Source: Thelocarpon superellum
Lineage: Eukaryota
Direction of reading: 5' to 3'
Length of the DNA: 64,000 bases
NCBI GenBank assembly: GCA_026025795.1
Contig: JAPEUG010000056.1
Span: 1 to 64,000, forward strand
Part shown: positions 47,103 to 60,195 of the stretch, piece after piece
How positions within the stretch are numbered: the first letter of the stretch is position 1
Layout of the letters: each line of letters begins with the position of its first letter
Program-made: the position numbers and the translations under genes
The notes under the pieces: model-generated
Told to the model about the DNA's origin: nothing
The model's input: only the letters and a program-made list of their open reading frames with translations
Databases searched by the model: none

Positions 47103-49660
47103 TTATCCGCTCAGAAAGGTTCGATGCGCGTTCCGGTGCTTCTCGCCCGAATACGCGTCGAGCTTCACCGCCATCATCACCACCTCCATCCCTCCGCGAC
47201 TGCTGTCCGGCTGCGGCTGGACCCGTAGTCGCCATTGTCCGCGTCGGACCACCCACTCGCCAAAGTCGTCCATGCTGCCGCGACGCGCTCGCTTGCGTGG
47301 CGGCTCCGTGCTCGCGCTCGTCGCCTCGCCCGCGCTGGACTCTCCGACGGCATCCTCGTCCGACGCACGACGCTCCCCCGGACCGGGCCGGTAGATCTCG
47401 CCGTCCAGGAGCACGTGAGCGTCGCGCTCGATGCGGATCTTCACCTCGTCGTCGCTCAGCGGCGTGTTGCCCGGACTCACTGATGTCCGGCTGGCCCCGC
47501 CCTGCAGCATCAGTAGCCCCAGCGGCTGCTCGGTCGGGAGATTCATCTTGTTGGCAATGACTTGGAAGAGGCTCGAGATGCGCGCGTTGGTGTCGCCCTG
47601 AAATGTCGCTCGCATCGTGCGCAGGTTGAGCTTGGTGCGCTCGCCCGCCACCTCCACCACGAGCTCGTAGGAACGTTCGTCCACAAACGGACGCGAGTAG
47701 TTGACCCAGCCCACCGTCGGCGACCGATCGGACGGCGTTGTCTCGGCGACAAAAGATACGCCCGATTGCCGCAGGTCCTCCAGCCGGATCACGATCTCCG
47801 ACCGCGCCCGTCGGAGGTTATAGCTGATCTCATGCGGGATGAGCTTTTGCTCCAGCCCTTTGAACTGATAATACTTGCAATCCCGGAGGAGCTCTGCCCG
47901 GTGTGAGTCGTCCCGGATCTGCAGCGGATATCCTCGGAGCAGATGGAGGAGCTGCGCGAAGACCGTGGCTGATCGATGAGGCACGATAGGTGGCGGGATC
48001 GACGGCGGTCGCAGCAGACCCTCGCGCCGCAGCCCCGGAAAGACGTCCTCAGGCGCGGCAAAGAAGACGGCGAAGCCGAGGGAAAAGTAATTCGGTGAGT
48101 CGCCCGGCGACGCGAAGATGTCTCGGGGGATCTGGAAGTTCCCATCGCCGATCTGGATGAAGATGTCGGACTCGAAGAGCTGCGCGATCAGCCGTGGCAC
48201 TGCGATGTGTTAGCAGCTTCGCTCCGCACGAGGCCGGCGTCGTCGCCACGCACGGTAATAAAATTGGGCATCCGCAAACAGCCGGACGTAGTGACTGCCA
48301 TCTCTCGGAATGACCCGGTATCCTGCCGGACCGTGAGCATCGTCCTCCCGCTCACCAGCGTCTGGCACTTACCTTGAAGGTGTCGGGAGATGTCGCGAAA
48401 CGTCGCAGGATCCCGATCGATGTACAGCGTGCGGATGCTTCCGGCGTCGTCACCCTTCTCGTAGAGCTGTTGCCCAAAGAACTGCGAGAAATATGAGGGT
48501 GCTCTAGGATTGTCAGCTAGACGTTGTGCCAGACCTCGACGCGAAGGCTACACACCATCAGACGAGATGGACGCTCCCGATAGCCGAAACAATTCCGACC
48601 CAATCTGAATGGGAAACACTTTCTCATGCGGCAGAATTTGGGGGATGTCCGCAAAGGAGTGCCGCGATCCCGCAATGCTATGGGCCAGCGCGGACTTGGC
48701 CGCCCCACGCGCATCGGACTCAGGCGGGGTGCCGACGAAAGCCGACGGGTCGTCTCGAGACCGGCGGTCCTCCATCCTTGGGATGGCAGACATGGCACTC
48801 TGACCGGTCGCGCTGGCCGATCGCCATCCGGTCTTGCTCGGTCGAGATCGCTCGAGAGCATCTTGCGATGGCCTCCGTTGCGAGCGAAGGTCAGTGTCGT
48901 CTGTAGTCGGCGAGGCCGCATCGCTCCCAGCCTTCCGCTTCACGCCGGGATGAAGGACGGGCTCGGGTGGACTGAGGTATGATGCTGGGGACGGTCCTTG
49001 GGTCGGCGCGGGGGGGACCACCGACGCCGTGGGGTTGGGAGGTGTGAGCACCGTGGTCGTCTCTTCCTCCGGACAGGGAGCGGGTGGAATGGAGAAATCT
49101 CCCGCCTGCTGCGAGGGAGCATCGATGGTCAATTGACCTTGCGGCTCGTACGCATTGACCGTTGCCGAGAGCTCGTCAAACGAGGCTTGCCAGTCGAAGT
49201 CGAGCAGGTTCCCCACGATCTCGGGGCTTTCAAAAGCGTTGCCCACCGTATTGGCGCCGGGATTCTTGAGGGTCGACGCTTCATTCAAGTGGTCCTCCGA
49301 CGGCAGGCTTTCCGGACGCGGGCCCACTCCCGCCGCAGCTTCAATCGACCTCATGGATCCATGGAGATCGGCCTGCACTGCGCCGAGAGTCTTGCTGGCA
49401 CGTGAGGCCGCTCCCCACTCAGCGGCATCCGACCTGTCACTTCCGGCCGAGTGGACGGCGCCCGCCAGCCCCGAGCTGCTCGTGGCGTGATGCGAGGGCA
49501 CAAGTGGCATGGCCTGAGCCCGCGACGGGCGTGCCGGAGGACTGAAGACCGGAGAGATGAAAGCCAGCTCCCTGGTCCACTCGTCCAGGGCAAGGGCGTC
49601 GAAGGGTGTTGGTGCCCGTCGACGGTCGCCGGCCGTCGACGGCTTTGTCAGCTGGCTCAT
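47103..49660 (-). CDS. BTB/POZ domain protein (YLR108C-like)
   Basis: LPHEKVFPIQIGSELFRLSGASISSD^APSYFSQF, TLYIDRDP, LFADAQFY, and a second BTB-like region PGDSPNYFSLGF. Three introns. Confidence 0.85.
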
Positions 49661-50525
49661 CGCTGGACCTTCGCGTGCCGGCCGTTAAACATCATCGCTG
49701 TAAGAGACGGCGAGCCGCCCCGCTGCACATAGAACGCACACTAGTCAGGAAGCCCAGATATCACTCTATGAATGCCTGCGGCTGTCGAGTCAGGGCGTGT
49801 TCCCGCCACGTCTAGTAGAGGCGCAGAGCCGGCTGCAGTTGGCCTTCAGCCCAATGTGTTGGGCCACTGTGCCGCCTGGCGTGTTCCATGACCTGTGCTA
49901 CGTCTTGCTCCTGCTCTGCGCATGCCGACGCGGCATTTAGCACTGCCAAGTCCTCACAAGTACACGACCGGCTAGTACGGGTATGAGGTCGGGTACAGCT
50001 ACAAGGATGAGTGCTACCAGCCTCTCTCGCAGTAGACCTCAGTCACCTCCTTGTACGTGAATGTGTTGGAGAGGAGGAAGGTGCATCGAGGATGTGGCGC
50101 TGTTGGTCCTGGTCAGACGCGGGGCGGAGTAGCACACGCTTCCTCCATGTGCGGTCATTGCTCCATCCGAGCCGCGCGCCTCAGTCGACCCGGCATTGAG
50201 CCTAGACTGGAACCTCATGAATATGCTGCGGCCTTACTCACGCACCGGTACCGTCATCACAGACTTATGCACAGCCTGATTTGCATTCGTGTTGCCTTTG
50301 CCGTCGATTCGTAACTTTCCGTTCCTCCCCGCACCCAGTGCTCTCCCGCGTATCGGACCTAGCGGAGGGATCGTGCGAGCCCTTGCAAAGCAGGGCACCT
50401 GATAGTACTGGTATGGGAATACGATGTTGGATATAACTGAAATAGTGGCAGTTCAAGATATAGAAGAGGCCTATATGCGTCCGGCGGTCTTAGATATGGC
50501 TATCATCCTACCCACATGTGAGATC

Positions 50526-51452
50526 CTACACTGGCTTGAATTCGCCCTCGATCTCCACGATCTTCTCCACGGCCTTCTTGTATGCCTCGCGCTCGTATAT
50601 CCGGTCCAGGTACGCAGACAATTTGGGATAGTTCGTGACGTTGACGCCAGCCCGGCGGCTGGCGGCCTCGAGTGGGAAGCTCATCAAGATGTCCGCCCCT
50701 GTCAGCTCTTTGCCGCAGAGATATTCGCCATTGCCTGGAGAGGTGGTCATCTGGCTCTCGAGGAAGTCGAAGTGGGTCTTGTAGTTCGGATGGAGATAGG
50801 AGGCTTCGACTTTCCCAGCAATCAAGGAAGTGATGGGCTTGAGGAAGAACGGAAGGGGAGCGTTCCGGATTTCTACCCGGAAGCACGAGTCAGCCACAGC
50901 CCAAATGGCAACAATAAAGGAAGCGTTCCTTACTGGACACGATCAAGCCAACGACGAGCAAGGCCATCAGGCTCCCCTCAGCATAGTGCATGTAGAAACG
51001 GTAGCGGAGCCACTCCTCCGTCTCGCCTCCAATCTGTCGTTCCTGGCCCTCGGCATACTGTCGGGGCTGGAGCCAAGGACCAAAATGCTCGGTGAGATAC
51101 TCGACGATGAAGCCGCTTTCGGCGAGCACCAATGGCTTGGCATCGCCCGCCTGCACCGAGATGACGGGCGATTTGCCGAGAGGGTGCACCTCCTTGAGCT
51201 CGGGCGGAGCAAAGCCCTCGGGTAAGCGCTTGAAAGTCTGAATCTCATACTGCAACTTGAGCTCTTCGAGGAGCCACAAGATGCGCTGCGATCGAGACTT
51301 TTCTAGCCTGTTGAGAACGGAGGTTAGCGATGCTCTTGAAGCTTCGCGGTGGTAGGCATGGATCGATACCAAAAGAGTTTGATCTTGGCTTGATTAGTAG
51401 GCGCCTCCTTCGACACAGCCTGCGCCGTCGGCTCAGTGGATTCCGTCGACAT
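50526..51452 (-). CDS. Glutathione S-transferase, Gtt1 type
   Basis: KIKLFW^LEKSRSQRILWLLEEL, ELKEVHPLGKSPVI, LAESGFIVEYL, HYAEGSLM and LTGADILMSFPL. Two introns. Confidence 0.92.
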
Positions 51453-51569
51453 GACGTGGGCAGGGGATGCTCCGGACGAGCGTGAGGGTATGAGCGAGCG
51501 TGGCCAGTGGATCGACAATGGGCGTAGATGTGGTGCTCACCACTCGTGCGGGCCAGCCCGTCCGAGTCC

Positions 51570-51581
51570 TATATATATTTC
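51570..51581. promoter_or_regulatory. TATA-like element upstream of GST
   Basis: CTATATATATTT about 120 bp upstream of the GST ATG in GC-rich surroundings. Confidence 0.5.
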
Positions 51582-52108
51582 CTCCAACTGGCCGATTTCA
51601 GTGCTCTAGGGTTCTGTCCGGCGAAGGTGTTACTGTGCGAAGTCCTACACGGGACATATGTCCGTAGGCGATATCCCCGTCCCACCCAACCATCCGCCAA
51701 ATGCTGAATCTAGTAGGTCATCGTGGGATATGGCGTCCGTCCGTCCGGACCGTGTCCCACGATAGCCCAACGACCCACATAGGCCCATTTTCCTTGCCTG
51801 AATAGACACTATGTAACAGATAGAAAATTGTCGGTCGGTTCTCACATAGCTAAGAGATGATCGAACAAATGATCTGGTCTCTTCTTTCTGTCATCCCCCT
51901 ACGTCAGATGCGCCACCAGATTTTGCCGAGGCACGGAGAATTGGGGACTACGAGTGGCGACGCGACCATCAGAACTCCGATCACATGATCTTCGAGGGCC
52001 ACGATCCCTTTCGGATAGCGCACTTGTCGACCGAGTCCATCGTTCGCTCACAGCGCGACATTGACCTCGCACGCCCACGATCACCGTCGCCACCACCACC
52101 AGCGCAAG

Positions 52109-52522
52109 ATGGCAGGCCACAACAATGGTGAGTAGCGAACGTCCTGATTCTAGTGATGGGCGTGGACTAATCGCGGTGTGCGCAATGCAGCTGTCACGCT
52201 GGATCCGGCGTTGGTCAAATATGCCAGTAGGGCTTCCCCATCGGTTTGGAGGTATCATCATCCGGACGCAGAGGACTGACGGGTTTTCAGACATGTACGT
52301 CAATCGGCACAAATACTTTCGATGGACGCCACGCACGGCCTGGTTGACTTTTGCCTACGTGGTGGCCGTCCCGTCTATCGTGGGATATCTGGCGTATTCG
52401 ACCGAGGTAAGGGTCCATGCGTCGCCCGACCGGCCGTGCCGTGAACCTCTGCCGCTGACAAGTACTAGGGCAAATGGGAGTTCCGGGGCAAGCGACGAGG
52501 AGACTTGATCTCGGAGTTTTGA
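52109..52522 (+). CDS. NDUFB4: NADH:ubiquinone oxidoreductase B15 subunit (NDUFB4/NB5M)
   Basis: Four exons give [74 protein letters not shown]. Confidence 0.9.
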
Positions 52523-52611
52523 GCATTGGTCAAGAAGAGAGGCTACTAGGGTCGGAGATGCATCAGAATTGTTTGGACGCAATTCCGCCATGTCACCAGA
52601 TTACTGTCTCA

Positions 52612-53709
52612 CTAGCCCATCAATTGCAACAGATCGTCGGGCGGCCATCGCGTCTGCGCGAAGCTTAGACACCGCTTGATGCTCTGCAAGAACCTCCGGG
52701 TGACATCGTCGCTCATGATGTGCGCCTCGCTTTCATGCAGCTTCTCTCGTGCCGATCGCTCGTGAATGCCCACCATAGTGACTCCAATCGGCCAAGCCCT
52801 GTGGATATCTCGTCAGCACGTAGGCAAAAGCGAGGAATGGGAGGGCCATGGAGGGGCGTACGCCTTCCCGATGCTGAGTTGCAGATAGCCATCGTTGGCA
52901 TCGACGTATCGTCGCTCCTGCGCCGCCTTGACAATCTCCACCACGGGTTCCAGTACCTCCAGCTCACCCCTCTCGAGTCGTCGGAACAACGGTCGCATGT
53001 CTTCTTTGGCCTGGGTCATCGCATGGTAGGCTGCCTTGCCTTGATGGCTGTCTTTGACATTCGCGGGCCGTTGATCGAGTGCGGCCTCCCACTCCTTCAG
53101 CACCATGCTAAAGTAGGACGCCAATTGGCGGAACAGGTAACTCTTGGCCTCGGGGTCCGTGGGCACCTTGTCAACCTTCATCTCATCCTCCGGGACGAGC
53201 TCCAACGTGGTGAAGCCAATGAGGGGTCGCCGGTGGAGTCTCTTGTATCGGAAGAATCGGTCGAGGTGTGACTCCGCAAACAATCGGGCGGGTTGGCCGT
53301 CGGCACGAAGCTTCGCAATGAGCTCGTCATCAGGGATGTCATCCGCCCGGGGGGCTGAGACGTTCTTCTCGGCTGGACGCTCGGGGAGCCCCAGTCGCTT
53401 TCGTCGAGCGCGTTCTTCGGCTTCCTCTTCCGCGCGCCGTCGTCGCCGTGATTCCTCCGCCAGGCGCTGCCGCTTCTCCTCGCGTTCCCGATCGCGCTGC
53501 GCCTCCTCGTGCTCTAGTTTCCGCTTCTTCTGCCGGCGTTCTTCTTGCTCGGACCGTTTGGCCTCTTGCTCGGCATGGTAGGCGGCCTCTCGTTGTTTCT
53601 CTAGCTCGGCACGCTTGACATATTTTGCCTCGGATTTCGTCGAGGTCTTGGCGGTGGTGTCCTGCTTGACCTTTTGGATCTCCTTGGACATCAACGCTGC
53701 AAAATCCAT
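52612..53709 (-). CDS. PRP18: Pre-mRNA splicing factor Prp18
   Basis: Starts MDFAALMSKEI. ANDGYLQLSIGKA^AWPIGVTMVGIHERSAREKL is the conserved Prp18 loop. Confidence 0.95.
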
Positions 53710-54081
53710 GGCGGAGTTTGGGCGGCGTCGGTCCGTTGAACGATGGAATGATTGCGTGTTGGATGCAGCTGGCGAGGTTTCGCAGGGATGGGACAAGCGC
53801 CGAGTGACGCTAAGCAAAGCCACCGCGACGGTGACTGAGAGTCGTTGTTAAGTTTGCCCGTGGCCACGGCCCATGTATGCTGAGTCGGGCCACCACGGAC
53901 TAAACACCACTCCCTCTTATTGTCCTCAAGCGTCTGTCGAGTACTTCATCTTGGGAGTGATCGCAGGCTATCAAGCATGCGGAAGGAATCTGATCGGTCT
54001 TCGGCGTGATATGGGAGCCTCCGCTTGATAGCTTTCCGTGCTTCCTCCGCAATTCCGTGATACTCTTGCCCCGTCTCCTTT

Positions 54082-54786
54082 ATGGCCTCATCCGCGCCCG
54101 CCGGGCCCAAAATAGATCGGCAGACGACGGTTCCCTTTCACTTGAAGCTATTCTACCGGAGTGGTGGCTTTCATCGGTCTAGTCCCCTTTCAAGATGTTC
54201 GCGCGGCTGTCACTAATCAATGCTCAGACTCGAAGAGTTCCATCCTTCCCCTGGGACAGCAGCGCTTCCCGCGCACCTTCAAATCTACACTTGGCCCTCG
54301 TGTACGCTCCGTGAGCTGTCCCATCTGCTCACCACTGCCTTACCCACACTCCTCCCTGATCCGGTCATCGGCACGCGACTCTCCTACCGGCTGATCTTCC
54401 CGGACACGCGCGATCCGGGGCGTCCCGGACCTGGCCGGTACCTGAGCAAGGAGCTGGGAAGCGTGGTCATTGGCGCCGGCGGACCAGGCGTCATGTCCAA
54501 GGAAGAGGAGAAAACGGTGGCGGGCGGGCCGATGGCGGGCGAGCTCGGGGGCGAGCCAGAGAAGACGCTCCAGGAGGGACGATTCGTGATTGGGGACTAC
54601 GTGTCGTGCGCCATCTTTCCCCCGCTCTCCAATGGATCGGTCGCCGCGGGGAATGCCGTGAGTCGGGAAAATAATGGACCGGGAGGGTTCCGGGTCCGAG
54701 GCACTGCCCGCGGCGGCATGGGCGCACCCAGCTTTCCGCACGGCGAGTGGCGGCGAGGGGATGTACCGAGTGGACGGCCACGGTGA
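54082..54786 (+). CDS. SAP18: Sin3-associated polypeptide Sap18
   Basis: KIDRQTTVPFHLKLFYRSGGFHR^LEEF, LQIYTWPSCTLREL and KTLQEGRFVIGDYVSCAI. Confidence 0.9.
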
Positions 54787-56559
54787 CCAGGTTCTTCGTA
54801 GAGCAGATGCAGCATCATTCTTAACCATGGCCACAGTTCAGGTTGGCCACACCCTCCCTGACTATCAGTGAATCGGTTTTGGCGGTAAGCTTCCTCGTCC
54901 GGCTCATGAGTTCCGCCGAAGGTACCCCAATTACGAAGCGTCGACGAATCACGCCACTTTCTGTCATCGACTGCTGCCCTGCACAATCTCGTCCTCGTGC
55001 ACGACGATACTGCCGCCGGTTTGTCCGTGATTGTATGATATCTACGAGCTGCTCTCAGCTGCCAATGGCGCACGTTTGCAGCAATACGAGTAGGATTGGA
55101 GCTGCTCGGTTGCATGTGGTGCGAGCTCATGGCCCCACGGCACCTCCACTTGCAGCGTTCGTGGGCAATGGAAATGGACATGCAATGGATCCTCTGCGAA
55201 GGGAGCTCCTAGGGAATGATGGTGGAAGATTCCATGCCCTAGGCTAGCTCGTCGTCGTTGCACTCACCATGGCTTTACCACACAATTACGTGATGAGAGA
55301 GCGTGGGCCACGTCTGAGCCTGACCTCGATGCAGGAGGCGCCAGCCCGACCCCAGTCCATCGACCGAAGTTTATGTATGGGTAGGTCGTGCAGCGCGAGG
55401 GACCGTGTGCCTACAAACGTCTAGAAAGCAGTTTCGATCGCTAGCGACGGCGGCGACAGGGATATAGAGTTTACCGCCCTACGCCTACGGTCGCTCCTGC
55501 TCCTGTTCCTGAGCAAATCACCGTGGTAAATGCCGAGCGACGACCTGACGGCTCGCGGATCGGGCGGTCGTAGCGGTGGTGACGAGCAGCGGGTACAGCC
55601 ATCCGGGCAGGCACGGCATCCGAGGCCACCACGTCGAGAAGTTGGCATGGGCACGAGCGAGGGCAGGGGGCGCGGGTGCTGTGTTCGATGGCATGCTCGG
55701 GAACCACGCTCGTCCGGGCCGTCGTCCTGGTAGGGGAAAGAACGTGGTTGGAGGAAACGTTGCGGCAGACTCCGGGGTGCCAGCACGACCGGGTTTGTAC
55801 CGCACTCATAACGGAGGGGATATGCATCGAGTCAGCGTGGGCGGGCCAGCGCCAGCTCGATCAGCCTTGAGGGTGTTTAGTTGAGTTTTGGCAGGCCGCC
55901 GGACGGGCCAGTCATCGGCTGTCGTTTAGAGAGGGCGACGACCGCTTGGTTTCGAAGGAATGGGCTACCTCCCGGCTACCCAGCGACGGTAGCTCCCCTA
56001 CGTGCATCGAGCTGGTCCCGGCAGCGTACCCGGTACGCAGGGCAGCTAGCAGGAGATAGCAGGAGATAGACACGAGGGCCAAGTCCCCTAGTCTGCCGGC
56101 GCAAGCTCGCGCAGACGAGAGCCGGTGCGTCAGTCCAATCCCAGGCTCGTAGACGGCCGGCCGCAGGTCGCATCTGCACTGCATAGCCGCTTGACGGCCC
56201 TGCGTCGTGCGTCCGAGTCACAGCGTGCCCATCCCCTTGAACCCGACGGGGGGCCGTGACCGACCGCTCGACGACATCTCCTCTTCGTCGTCTCACCGTC
56301 TCCCCGTCTCTCGACTCTCGACTTCGCGACGCAGCGTGGGACGGCAAAGTGGGACATCTCCGGCAGTATCGGTGCCGGCACGAGCGAGCAAGGGACGAGT
56401 ATCGACATCATCGAGTCGCTCAGGCGGCAGGGCAAGGCCGGCCTAGCGTTCAAGGAGACCCCACTTCGGCGCCCTGGACTCCGCCCTAAAGCTGAATGAA
56501 TTTGCAAGCTTCCAGAAGCTCGGTTGAGCTACACTGAACAAAGGTCGACCGTCCACAAC

Positions 56560-56590
56560 TCCAATTCCAATTCCAATTCCAATTCCAATC
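56560..56590. repeat. (TCCAAT)n microsatellite
   Basis: About five tandem units. Confidence 0.8.
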
Positions 56591-56949
56591 CGTCCTGCCG
56601 TTTCACCACCTCGAGTCTGTCGTCGGGGAGAGCCGGTGCCATTGAGTGACGCGGTCGAGGTGGAAGTACGAAGTATTTGTAGCACTGGCCTTGGGCCCGG
56701 ACGACGCTACCTCCTCCACCCATTTGCCCCTCCGCCGTCGACCCTTCCATGAGACCTAGCAGCGTCCAGGTGGTCAGCACACCAGATTCTTGGATGTAGT
56801 CCTCGGTTATCCGCACGCCATCCTCGACTCCTCTGCGACCCGAGACATCGCCGTTCATCTCCAACCCTTCCCCTCACGTGCACGAGTTCGCCGGCGCCTG
56901 CCCTCGGTGCCCGTGGTGGTAGTCGTGCATCACCGGCCCGTCGGACTCC

Positions 56950-58904
56950 ATGCAGACTCCACCGCCGACCAGCATCTCCGCCGGACGGCGGCGGAAGGTG
57001 CAGCCCAAGCCACTCACGCCCTCAGGGTCGCTGACGGGCCTCCCGCGGCGGATGTCATCCATCGGCGCGCACGATCATCCTTTCCAGTTCTCGACCGATG
57101 TGACCAACAGCTCGCCGCTGCAACAACTCTCCCCGGACAACATGGATCTCTTTGGATATCCCTTGACGGCTCCGCTCACGGCGCCGCTCTCGTCGCAGCA
57201 CAAGCTCTTCTGGGAGACGGACACGAGCATGCACGGCATGGATTTTGATTTCACTGGCGGTGACCTGGCACCGTCGGGAGGACTGGGCATGGGCACGAAT
57301 CACAACTTTGATTGGACTCCCGGTCGTCCGCCGCTCGTGGTGGGGGATGTGGCACCATCCCACGTTACACCGCCACATCGCGATATCTTCCCGCACAGCC
57401 ATGGCTCGACGGATGCGGCGATGGCCACGAGCGGGGCCGACACGAGGTCGTCGGTCACGGGGATTGCGGGGATGGCGTCGACACAGAGCATGGATGGCGC
57501 GGTCAATCCGAGCCTCTTGTTCGCCTTCTCCAGCAGTCCCGTCAACTCGACTTCTCTCCTTCCCGGCTCGACGGACTCGCAAGGTCTGCATATGGAAAGA
57601 TCGCGAGAGCCGTACGAGCATCAGCAGGCGGATCTACGGCGAGAGCGCGACGCGGAGATTCTCCATCGGCCTACGTTCAATGCGGGCCCCACCGGTCCGA
57701 CCGGCGTGAGCGGGGTCCACTCGGGTGCAACGAGTCAGCCTGGACGGCGACCGAGTTTAAAGCGAAGTGCGACCGATGTCGCGTTGCACCAGCGTGCCGG
57801 GGATCTCGCCGGTCACGCACCCGTCTCCTTTCCGTCGTGCTCGAGCCAGATGGACCCCCTTGCATTCGCGTCGAAGCGTCAGTCGCTCAAGAAGTCGCGG
57901 ATTGATCCCCCGCACGCGCTGCCCAGCCGCTCAAGTGCGTCGAAGCGAACGTCGGTGACCTTTTCCATCGACTCGAGCGGACGGGCGAAGACGGAGACGA
58001 CGATCCTGTCGCCTGAGTCACGGCGCGAGGACGAGCGGGACAAGGGGTGGGATGATGGCGACAGCGACTCGTCCGCGGCCACCGACCTGGAGATGGTGAC
58101 GAGCCGGAACGTGTCGTTCAATTTTGCGGACGAGAATCTGCCTCGACCAAAACTTGCACACTTTGCAACGGATGGGGTACGGGCGCGAGAGCCACGACCG
58201 AGCTTGTCCAAGACTCGGCCACTGTCCGGCTCTGGTGGACGAGCGTTCGGTCAGATGGATCGGAGCAGCCACACTCCACGCTCCTTTCTTGGCGACGAGG
58301 CGGAGAGCGAAGCGGAGACGACGATCGACGGGCACGACGTGCAAGGCGATGCGCAGCACGCATTGAGAGAGATGTTGGAGCGACGAGGCCGGGCAAAGAA
58401 ACCGGCTTACCTGGTGACGAGCGCGGCGCGACCCTCTCATTCTCTCCCGGGTCGGGGAAGTTTCTCAACCATCACCAGCCAGCATCGACCGTATAGCGGG
58501 CAGGTTGACCCGTCGACCATCTCTCCCACGACCATCACCGACCCAGACTTGGCCACGCCGAGCACCGATCGGGACAGTCAGGCAAGCGAGAGCACTCGAT
58601 GTGTGTGTAATGCGCCGGATAGCGGAGGATATCTAATGATTCAGTGGTGGGTTCCCTGGTTCTATCTTTCAATCATTCTCCGGCTAATCCGTGTAGTGAC
58701 TCGTGCACCAAATGGCTTCACGTGAAATGCGTGGGTCTGAGTAGCACCGCCTTGCCACCGGTCTATGTGTGCATCTACTGCACTGGACAAACGCCGAACG
58801 TTCGAGGCGGTCGAATTCGGGAGCCGACGGTGCGGATGGGCGTGTCCACGACGGGGCTGACGTCTTCACCGCTGGCCCATAAGTCGCAGCATTTTCATCA
58901 TTGA
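56950..58904 (+). CDS. PHD finger protein (disordered N-terminus, C-terminal PHD)
   Basis: TRCVCNAPDSGGYLMIQ^CDSCTKWLHVKCVG...VYVCIYC across one intron. The true start may lie upstream. Confidence 0.85.
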
Positions 58905-59170
58905 TGTGCCCTACCCAGGCGGTCATCAATGCGGATACCTTGGCCAGGGCTTGACGGCGGTTTCTCGTCAACAGAAGGGGGCATTGGGACAGGACTGAAC
59001 CTGTCATGAAGCTCGGCGCATCTTTCTCGATTGGCGATGCTCGTATACATAGATGCAGAGGTTACGCAGGGTGGGGTAGGACTGGTATGATAGGGTACGA
59101 TAGGATATGTAATTAAGGGATCACGAGTGGTGGGTTCAAGTGTGTTGAGTGACGAGTGCAGAGTAACAAG

Positions 59171-59208
59171 TGTAGAGTGAGTGTAGAGTGTAGAGTGTAG
59201 AGTGTAGA
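59171..59208. repeat. (GTAGAGT)n imperfect heptamer repeat
   Basis: gtagagt repeated about five times downstream of the PHD gene. Confidence 0.7.
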
Positions 59209-59892
59209 ATGTGGGGAGTTGAGCACTGGCCGACTGGCCGACCGTCCCGTCAAGCGCATCCGCCAGCAAAGTTGCCTCGACCGCGTAGCAGGAAAAGATT
59301 CGAGAAAGTGAGTGGAAGAGTTCAATCCAGCCCGACACAAACACATCGCGACAGCGGACAAGTGACACTCGATAATCGACAATCGACAGTGGACAGTGGA
59401 CAATCGGCACATACCACAGCAGGCAAATGGAAAACCTCATGCCCTCGACCACCAACTCGTCATCGGCATGCTGGCCGTATTCATTTCTCGAAGAGAGGCG
59501 GGGCCATTCATGATATGTACGATTGAATCTCCCACCTGCCCATTCAGTTATGCGCCGCTCGCTCCGACAGGGAAAGTTGAGCCGTTAGTCTGTGCACAAT
59601 TGCATTTCGCGAGGGGGGGAGATGGGACGGGTATGCTGATTAATGTCGTCGCCTCGTATTCGCGGGATGACTACTGCAAAGTTGCTTTTCATTCATCCTG
59701 GTAATATCGCCCACTTTTGCTCCCCTGTCATCCATCCGAAGGTGAAGTCTCTCTTTCGTGCTCCTACTCATGCGCTTTGTGAAAGGCGCATGAGTTTGGT
59801 CGGGATGTGCGGGATATGAGCCGCGTCTCTCGAACGATGAATTGAGATTTATGATCCGAGGATGGTCCGTTCTTTGAAGAGAAGAAAAAGGA

Positions 59893-60038
59893 TTCCTCCT
59901 CTTCTTCTCTTCCTTCTTCTTCTTCTTCTCCTCCTTCTGCTATCTCTTCTCAGTCGCTTATTCTTCTTCCTCTTCTTCTTCCTCTTCTTCTTCCTCTTCT
60001 TCCTCTTTTTCGTCTCCGTCTTCTACTTCTACATCTTC
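59893..60038. repeat. (CTT)n-rich polypyrimidine tract
   Basis: About 145 bp of ctt/cct triplets upstream of the secreted-protein ORF. Confidence 0.8.
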
Positions 60039-60195
60039 AGTCTTTCAAAATTCCACGTCTGTTCCCGAGGAAGCTTGAGTTCCCATGATGCAATCACCCA
60101 TGACACCCCGGAGAAGACTTCATCGTTTTCAACCCTGCACACCCTTTCGGCCCCTCCAACAGGACAAGAGGATGGTGCCGACGAAGACGACCAGC

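Noticed and set aside
56078..56095. AAGTCCCC resembling the RNase MRP P4 5' strand
   Set aside because: The upstream GARAG consensus is imperfect and no complementary 3' P4 strand was found.
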